Source of the DNA: a virus
Taxonomy: Duplodnaviria > Caudoviricetes
IMG/VR virus record: IMGVR_UViG_2974719393_000001
Location: 14,072 to 78,071 of that record
Reading direction: 5' to 3' (one strand)
Length of the DNA: 64,000 bases
Shown: positions 58,191 to 64,000 of the stretch, piece after piece
Layout of the letters: every line of letters begins with the position of its first letter
How positions within the stretch are numbered: position 1 is the stretch's first letter
Translations under genes and position numbers: made by a program
The notes under the pieces: model-generated
Databases searched by the model: none
What the model saw: only the letters and a program-made list of their open reading frames with translations
Told to the model about the DNA's origin: nothing

Positions 58191-58365
58191 AATCATCGGT
58201 TACCTTGGTGGTGGCTGCGCAATGTTCGGCTTAATGGGTGGCATCGCTGCTATCTTTCAAGCCAAGTACTTCCAAGGTATCGCTTTGATGTTATGGAACA
58301 TTATCTTAATGTTCTTTATTCAACGTACCTTCGACAAACATAAACAACCAAAGGACACAGAGTAA
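58174..58365 (+). CDS. small 2-TM membrane protein
   Basis: Two hydrophobic helices. Confidence 0.6.
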   Translation: MHLSTKIIGYLGGGCAMFGLMGGIAAIFQAKYFQGIALMLWNIILMFFIQRTFDKHKQPKDTE

Positions 58366-58550
58366 TGGTAACTGTAACACTACTGATATTGACCGTAGTA
58401 CTGGCAATGGTCATCTGCTTCCGTAACGTACTCAACTGCTGTAATAACTTCGAAGCTGGTGTTAGCCTCGCAACCTTTGTAGTACTAGGTGGGTGGCTAC
58501 CAACACTAGTACAAATCTTTAATAAATTAATGGAGACAACCCATGGTTGA
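58365..58550 (+). CDS. small 2-TM membrane protein
   Basis: TAATG coupling; two hydrophobic helices. Confidence 0.6.
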   Translation: MVTVTLLILTVVLAMVICFRNVLNCCNNFEAGVSLATFVVLGGWLPTLVQIFNKLMETTHG

Positions 58551-58845
58551 ACAAATGCAATTCCGTACTGAACGTAAGCAAGGCAAGGATGGTAAGTTCC
58601 ACTACCTAATCATCGCTGATAATAAGCACGGCTACTACGTTCATGACCAAGAAACCGTTGATGGCTTTTGCCAAATCCAAGGCAATTGGGTGATGTGGCC
58701 AGTGGGTGATAATCCGTGGGACACGTTTGATGCGTCACACTATCGTGACGGCTTACCAAAGGTTAAGCCAGAAGTAGTTATGACTTCGTCATATGGGGAG
58801 ACATGCAACTACTTGAAAGTTAACGCACTAATAGGAGCAGTGTAA
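58543..58845 (+). CDS. hypothetical protein
   Basis: GGAGA SD. Confidence 0.65.
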   Translation: MVEQMQFRTERKQGKDGKFHYLIIADNKHGYYVHDQETVDGFCQIQGNWVMWPVGDNPWDTFDASHYRDGLPKVKPEVVMTSSYGETCNYLKVNALIGAV

Positions 58846-58988
58846 TGACTATGAAATGCTGGACAGTCGTGTACTACATGGGCAAGTTTGTGATGCAAGG
58901 CTACGTTGTAGCCGGCAACAAGCAAGCAGCTGAAAGGAGAGCAGAGCAACGCTATGGCAATTACAAAAAAGTGATTGCTCCAAATTAA
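58845..58988 (+). CDS. 47-aa hypothetical protein (not in ORF track)
   Basis: AGGAG SD, TAATG coupling; MTMKCWTVVYYMGKF...VIAPN*. Confidence 0.55.
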   Translation: MTMKCWTVVYYMGKFVMQGYVVAGNKQAAERRAEQRYGNYKKVIAPN

Positions 58989-59046
58989 AACCTACATATC
59001 GAGAGTTGAAAAACCTCGCTAAATCCAACCTACAAGGAGCCCTACC

Positions 59047-59298
59047 ATGGCTAACCAAGGATACTCACGTAAAGCACTGATGGCTGACAAAGATATCAGC
59101 ATCAAAATGACCATCTTCAATGCACTTGACCAAGGTGGCATCAATCGTCAACAACTAGTCAAAATCGTCGCTGTAAACCACGGTATTCAGCTAGCAATGG
59201 ACGATGAAGACTTCAAGAATGCTCAACTGCATTACACCGGTGCGTGTCGTTTTGTACGCACAACTCTAATGCGCATCCAAAAGGAGTCACGCTCATGA
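59047..59298 (+). CDS. hypothetical protein
   Basis: AAGGAG SD. Confidence 0.65.
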   Translation: MANQGYSRKALMADKDISIKMTIFNALDQGGINRQQLVKIVAVNHGIQLAMDDEDFKNAQLHYTGACRFVRTTLMRIQKESRS

Positions 59299-59510
59299 TT
59301 CGCACAACTAATTGGGATGGGCACATCCTATTAATCGACCCATTCAGTATTGATATGGTCGTGTACGGCAAGAAGAATCAAGTCACTGTAAAAACTGATG
59401 TTACGTTGTATGTCCAAGGACAAACAGTATCTATGGACTCTCGTGTATTCGAGGCAGACGTTCTACCATCCATCGAAGAGGAATCTAAGTATGGCACTCT
59501 CAATGATTGA
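59295..59510 (+). CDS. hypothetical protein
   Basis: AAGGAG SD, ATGA coupling. Confidence 0.62.
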   Translation: MIRTTNWDGHILLIDPFSIDMVVYGKKNQVTVKTDVTLYVQGQTVSMDSRVFEADVLPSIEEESKYGTLND

Positions 59511-59790
59511 GCAAGCGCTCGCTTACAACAAGGAAACCTTCGGCATCGAAGACTTCGAACTAGTTCAACGTGACGGCATGTTCGTGCTGCAAGTTGACTT
59601 CACCGTTGGCATTCATGCTGGCATCTACAGCACTGGTGCGGTGGAATTTCAAACCACTAAGCCAATCAAACAAAAACGTCTTGGTGCCACAGTAGGCATC
59701 ATCAATGCATTCGCTAGACATATGGAGCACTACAATGAAAACCCTCAAGAACCTAATGTGGCTGATGGCAGCACCAGTCCTAATTCCTAA
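59491..59790 (+). CDS. hypothetical protein
   Basis: GAGGA SD. Confidence 0.6.
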   Translation: MALSMIEQALAYNKETFGIEDFELVQRDGMFVLQVDFTVGIHAGIYSTGAVEFQTTKPIKQKRLGATVGIINAFARHMEHYNENPQEPNVADGSTSPNS

Positions 59791-59874
59791 ATTCCTTGTG
59801 ATGTACTTCATCAAAGCACACCACCGTAAGCAATTCGAACTAACTGGTGACCGCAATCACCTAAGGAAGAGTCG

Positions 59875-60402
59875 ATGAATCAAGTAACGGTTGACCACCA
59901 AAACCGCGACGCACCCAAACCCCAAGAGGGTGGCGAGCTGTTTATTACGGTGTTCACTGATGCATCTCATTGCCCTGATACTAATGCCTATGGAATTGGC
60001 GTTTGGGTGCGTGCGGGCGCTGACCCTATCGTGACCTATAGCAAGCGTGGAATCGGCTTAAAGGATTCCACCCAAGCGGAGTACTTCGGCATCAAAGATG
60101 CACTTGAGTACATTAAGAAGCACTGCGAAACCAAGGACAAAGTCCTTGTGCTTCAGTGCGATAACCTCTCAGCATTGGGAAAGCTTGACGTGTTCCGCGT
60201 TAAGCTATCTCTCAAACTCAAACACGTGAAACTAAAGCACGTTAAGGCACATACCAATGGAAAAACTCGCCGCACTCGCGTTAACTCTATTGTTGATAGA
60301 CTGGCTTATAACGCTATGTCTTCAACGCGTCGTATCGCAACGTCAAACCGAGCCACTCCAGTTAACTATCTCGAAGCAGAACTTCAGGAACATTCGTGGT
60401 GA
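59875..60402 (+). CDS. ribonuclease HI-like protein
   Basis: FTDAS, STQAEY, QCDN, HVKAH...N..VDRLA (D-E-D-D plus His). Confidence 0.85.
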   Translation: MNQVTVDHQNRDAPKPQEGGELFITVFTDASHCPDTNAYGIGVWVRAGADPIVTYSKRGIGLKDSTQAEYFGIKDALEYIKKHCETKDKVLVLQCDNLSALGKLDVFRVKLSLKLKHVKLKHVKAHTNGKTRRTRVNSIVDRLAYNAMSSTRRIATSNRATPVNYLEAELQEHSW

Positions 60403-60527
60403 CGACATCTCTCTGTCGTACCTTGCTTGGTGGTTGTTCAACTACCGTGGGTTCCCAGATACTGGTAACAATCGTCGCTGTTTGGCTGCGTGGCATACAA
60501 CCATGGAAATGCGCTTTAAGTAACGTT

Positions 60528-60548
60528 TGGCACTCCGTGCCATAAAGG
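60528..60548 (+). promoter_or_regulatory. vRNAP hairpin promoter 4
   Basis: TGGCAC-TCC-GTGCCA-TAA-AGG. Confidence 0.85.
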
Positions 60549-60638
60549 AAGTTGGGTGTGGTGTGCAACGGCAATTCGCACCGCGCTCGCTTCAAATTCC
60601 GGCAATTTCGCCACATTTTAAATATCGAGGAAATTATT

Positions 60639-61241
60639 ATGTCTACTCAAAACATCGCTCCTGCTGTACGTATTCTTGTTGAACGCTCTGCTGACATCAT
60701 TTCTTCAGCTGGTCTGACCATTGAAGATTTCGCTGGTGTTACAGCTGATAAAGCTCGTGAAATCATCGCTGATTGTAAATCCGCTATGGGTATGGAAGAC
60801 GACAGCAAGCTAGGTGCTCCACCTAAAACTGGTAACGCTCCAACGGCTGGTGGTAACGCTGATTCCGTGGAAGAAGTTGAGTACATGGGTGTTGTAGCTG
60901 AACGTCGTGTTTACGGTCAAGGCACAAAAGACCGTCGCGTTTACCTTAACGCCAAAGCCTTTGAAGGTTCTGCGTACATGAACATCTCGTTGCCTGTTGG
61001 TGACAAGCTGATGAAGATTGGTGGTATCAATCTTCAAGACCTTTCTGAAGCTAACGCATCTGACAACGGTACTAAACGTGGTCGTGCAATGCTTCTACGT
61101 TTGATTCAAGAACACGGTCTTGCTGCTTGCGGCAAAATCAAGTTCGAAGTTGAACTAAACGTTCCATCATTGATGGAAGATAACCATGAAGCGCTTGACG
61201 CTGAAATCGCAGCTTTCTTTGAAACTGCAACTACTAAATAA
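60639..61241 (+). CDS. RNAP II ssDNA-binding co-activator (N4 gp2/Drc-like) with N-terminal extension
   Basis: SAYMNISLPVGDKLMKIGGINL resembles the gp2 core; GAGGA SD; downstream of promoter 4. Confidence 0.6.
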   Translation: MSTQNIAPAVRILVERSADIISSAGLTIEDFAGVTADKAREIIADCKSAMGMEDDSKLGAPPKTGNAPTAGGNADSVEEVEYMGVVAERRVYGQGTKDRRVYLNAKAFEGSAYMNISLPVGDKLMKIGGINLQDLSEANASDNGTKRGRAMLLRLIQEHGLAACGKIKFEVELNVPSLMEDNHEALDAEIAAFFETATTK

Positions 61242-61296
61242 CCCTTAACCCCACTCAAGCCGAGAGGCTTTGGTTGCTAAACATAGTACAAACTTC

Positions 61297-61339
61297 AAGG
61301 CAAGTACCACATGGATGTGGGCTTGCCTTATTTATTTTT
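61297..61339 (+). terminator. intrinsic terminator
   Basis: AAGGCAAG-TA-CCACAT-GG-ATGTGG-G-CTTGCCTT-ATTTATTTTT; a second hairpin AAGCC-GAGA-GGCTT lies at 61257-70. Confidence 0.7.
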
Positions 61340-61354
61340 AGAGTGAGACTGATT

Positions 61355-61645
61355 ATGAAACTGAAATTGCAGTTGTGGCTAGACCACTATAAGAAGTACG
61401 AAATGAACGTTAAGCAAGGAGCAGCAAACCAACGTAATGCTCTGAAAAAACATGAGAAAGAACGTTCCGAAACATTTGTTGCCAAATGTGAGGAGCACTT
61501 ACCAGAGATTCTAAGATTGAATGAGTTAGACCTACCAGCCAATGATATTGCAGACATCATTGGTGTAGACCGAACTCATATTTACCACATTCTTAGAAAG
61601 CTCAACCTTAAATTAAACAACCGTCGAGGAAAGATTCATGAGTAA
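61355..61645 (+). CDS. HTH DNA-binding protein
   Basis: ANDIADIIGVDRTHIYHIL. Confidence 0.7.
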   Translation: MKLKLQLWLDHYKKYEMNVKQGAANQRNALKKHEKERSETFVAKCEEHLPEILRLNELDLPANDIADIIGVDRTHIYHILRKLNLKLNNRRGKIHE

Positions 61646-61994
61646 ATTACTGACATCAATCAAAATGGGTATGGCACGTCGTCGTATGGCTAAACACAAA
61701 GCAATCGATGCAAAGCTATGTACTGAATTTACAAGGACTTTTGAGAAGTGGATGCCTAATGCAGCCAGTGCATTTACTACCAACGAATTAGAGTCAGCAG
61801 TCATGTCATATTTAATTGGCACCCGACGACTATGGTGCACTATTTATATGGCACAGCCTCAATGTGATGCTTGGAAAAAGAACTTTGCACTATTTGCTCG
61901 TTATTACAAAGAGTGGGTTCAAAGTGAGCCAGCAGCTATTGGCGGCTTCCATGAGTGGTGCATGTTAAATAGAGTCAAAGCAACTCTTATTTAA
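61638..61994 (+). CDS. hypothetical protein
   Basis: GAGGA SD. Confidence 0.65.
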   Translation: MSKLLTSIKMGMARRRMAKHKAIDAKLCTEFTRTFEKWMPNAASAFTTNELESAVMSYLIGTRRLWCTIYMAQPQCDAWKKNFALFARYYKEWVQSEPAAIGGFHEWCMLNRVKATLI

Positions 61995-61999
61995 AAAAT

Positions 62000-62021
62000 T
62001 GCGCCTTCGGCGCATAGCAGG
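62000..62021 (+). promoter_or_regulatory. vRNAP hairpin promoter 5 (upstream of RNAP II genes)
   Basis: TGCGCC-TTC-GGCGCA-TAGC-AGG. Confidence 0.78.
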
Positions 62022-62044
62022 TGGTTTGAAAAAAGGATTAGACA

Positions 62045-63019
62045 ATGGACAAAGTATTATTCGACTTACAACAACAATTAGAATACCGCACATCAAATCA
62101 ACATATTAATCTGTATTTCGAAGAAGAGCGTAACTCGTTTACGCTCGACCCTTTGATGTACATCATGGATTATATGTCCGAATGCAAGGACAAAGACTAT
62201 ACGTACCAGAAGAAGGGTTCGCCTCTTCAACTGGTGCGTCATGATTTACTTGAGGTAGATGGATGGCTATGTGACGAAGACAACATGGAAACCATCGACC
62301 ATATCTTGTATCGCATGATGTGCCTAATCTATACAACCAAGGGCGGTGTGACTGCACAGGCTTTGGCCGGGTTGGTATTCAACAAGGTTGACTTCGAGGA
62401 GAAGCAGCGCCGCTTAAAGCTGGCGTCAATCTTCCTAGATGCAATCGCGGTATCTGAATACGTCAACATTCGTAACACACCTGACAAAATCTACTTCGAA
62501 CCAACGGTAGAACTATCAATGGAACGCCAGCGTGAGATTACTCACCTAGGCCACCCACTACCAATGATTTACGCACCACGTGTAAAAGACAACCGTTCAC
62601 TTGGCTACGCTACTCACAAGATTCCTATGCTTGCAGGCGGGAAGCTTAAACAGCATGACAAGGACATATGTCTTGACCACTTCAACCGTTTGAATGCAAC
62701 GCAGTACTGTATCGAGCTACGTATGGGCATGATGTACCAACCAACATTCCATGCAGAAGCCAAGGTTAAAAAGAATGGCGAGTGGGAAACTCCCGAAGAC
62801 ATTCAAAAGCGTAAAGAGCAGTTCGACCTTATGGTCGCTGAACTACCGCTTAAAATCGGTGAGATGGTGAAACAAGGTAACCGCTTCTACATCCCTCACT
62901 ATGCAGATAACCGCATTCGAACTTATGCCAAGGCATACCACTTCAACTACCAAGGTGCTAAGTGGACTAAGGCAGCAGTTCAATTCAAACACAAAGAAAT
63001 TGTAAAACCGGAGTTCTGA
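62045..63019 (+). CDS. RNA polymerase II subunit 1 (N4 gp15-like)
   Basis: HPLPMI.AP, HDKDICLDHFN, NRFY...DNRIRTY..YHFNYQG..W.KA. Confidence 0.88.
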   Translation: MDKVLFDLQQQLEYRTSNQHINLYFEEERNSFTLDPLMYIMDYMSECKDKDYTYQKKGSPLQLVRHDLLEVDGWLCDEDNMETIDHILYRMMCLIYTTKGGVTAQALAGLVFNKVDFEEKQRRLKLASIFLDAIAVSEYVNIRNTPDKIYFEPTVELSMERQREITHLGHPLPMIYAPRVKDNRSLGYATHKIPMLAGGKLKQHDKDICLDHFNRLNATQYCIELRMGMMYQPTFHAEAKVKKNGEWETPEDIQKRKEQFDLMVAELPLKIGEMVKQGNRFYIPHYADNRIRTYAKAYHFNYQGAKWTKAAVQFKHKEIVKPEF

Positions 63020-63040
63020 TATGAGTAAATGGAGGTTACC

Positions 63041-63598
63041 ATGTCCCCAAACACTAACGAATGCAAATACGTTACTACGCTCAAAGAGAGAATCAGAAGA
63101 ATTACAGCAGAAGGTGCTACAACATCAGAAGTACACCAATATATTACGCAGACGATTACTGGACATATGTATAACGGTCAATGCTCCTCCTCAAAAAGAA
63201 GAAAACATCCGTTACCCAACTACTCGCTTTCAGATTTACGTGCTTGGTGTGTCTCCAGACCTAATTGGAACCAAGTACTCCAAGCATGGATTGATTCCGA
63301 TTTCAACCCCAAACTTAAACCATCCTGTGACCGTGTTGAAAACCATAAATCCTACACGTTGGACAACCTTTCCCTTGTTACTTGGACTTTCAATGACGCA
63401 AGAGAAAGAGAGGCTAAACGCACAGAACACACCTCCAAAAGAGGTGTACAAGCTGTGTATACAAAAACTGGAGAAAGCAAAGTATTTGAGTCAGTCAGAG
63501 AAGGAATGCGTCATTTCAACTCTACTTCAGGAAATATCTCACGGGCGTTAGCCGGTAAACAACCCACAGCATACGGATACGTATGGACTTACATCTAA
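63041..63598 (+). CDS. putative homing endonuclease (HNH-like plus NUMOD1), homolog of 29057-29557
   Basis: KPSCDRVENHKSYTLDNLSLVTW..N; FESVREGMR...ISRALAGKQPTAYGYVW; GGAGG SD. Confidence 0.8.
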   Translation: MSPNTNECKYVTTLKERIRRITAEGATTSEVHQYITQTITGHMYNGQCSSSKRRKHPLPNYSLSDLRAWCVSRPNWNQVLQAWIDSDFNPKLKPSCDRVENHKSYTLDNLSLVTWTFNDAREREAKRTEHTSKRGVQAVYTKTGESKVFESVREGMRHFNSTSGNISRALAGKQPTAYGYVWTYI

Positions 63599-63619
63599 TT
63601 ACATATAAGGGCAGATTAT

Positions 63620-64000
63620 ATGGAAACTTACACGCCAGCCCAATGGCTGCTGATTGACTTGGCTTCACAATACGGCCTAGATAAGAAACACTTTGACGTA
63701 CGCCTAGATTGGGGCAAAAGCTTATTGCCTCGTCTAGAGGGCTGTAGCCAAGACCCTGAAGAGATTGCTCTATTCTTCCAAGACTATATCGATGAGGCTG
63801 ACGAGCCAGAGATGTTCTGTGCTTCGTTACTAGCTATCAAAGATGTGATGCTTGGTAAGCCAACTGGTTACACAGTAGGTTTGGATGCAGCATCTTCAGG
63901 ACCACAGCTCCTATCTGTATTATGCCGTTGTCTAACTGGCATGATGAACACAGGCGCTATCGACTCTGGTCTTGTACCTGACTTGTACTCACTAATTAGA
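63620..64000 (+). CDS. RNA polymerase II subunit 2 (N4 gp16-like), runs off window
   Basis: Hand translation: METYTPAQWLLIDLASQYGLDKKHFDVRLDW...VGLDAASSGPQLLS (motif A). Confidence 0.9.
   Translation, partial: METYTPAQWLLIDLASQYGLDKKHFDVRLDWGKSLLPRLEGCSQDPEEIALFFQDYIDEADEPEMFCASLLAIKDVMLGKPTGYTVGLDAASSGPQLLSVLCRCLTGMMNTGAIDSGLVPDLYSLIR

Noticed and set aside
60257-60523. Overlapping 88-aa ORF as a frameshift extension of RNase H
   Set aside because: No slippery site or convincing start/SD identified, so it cannot be supported, although the 3' half looks protein-like.
63021-63551. 176-aa ORF overlapping the homing endonuclease
   Set aside because: Alternative frame with no motifs; the 63041 frame has the SD and the recognisable domains.

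Overview
A 64-kb portion of an N4-like podovirus (Schitoviridae) genome, circularly permuted relative to the N4 map; a marine gammaproteobacterial host such as Vibrio is a guess. 1-14.3 kb (+) holds replication and middle genes: MoxR-type AAA/vWA pair, SF1 helicase, PolA-family DNA polymerase, nuclease, primase, Sak4-like ATPase, SSB and resolvase. 14.3-47.8 kb (mostly -) holds the 3550-aa cysteine-free virion RNA polymerase, ejection proteins, capsid, portal, M15 endolysin, PhoH (+), two receptor-binding proteins, a GT9 glycosyltransferase, holin, a transglutaminase-like peptidase and terminase. 48-54.9 kb (+) is a dense cluster of small ORFs, probably at the right genome end. From about 54.9 kb (+) is the early region, with five vRNAP hairpin promoters, gp1- and gp2-like genes, RNase H and both RNAP II subunits. 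Six free-standing homing endonucleases are scattered through the window. Main unusual observations: (1) a tail fibre with about 41 Cys placed at normally polar positions lies directly downstream of a GT9 whose catalytic-base Asp is replaced by Arg, suggesting a phage system for cysteine S-glycosylation of the virion; (2) a tandem array of about 17 highly diverged paralogous microproteins shares a C-terminal LRxxCxLH[GDN][IV]xV motif and is interleaved with a second small family; (3) the gp53-like gene appears to start at ATC; (4) an in-frame amber stop sits in the last middle gene. All family assignments are from motif recognition by eye, not database searches.
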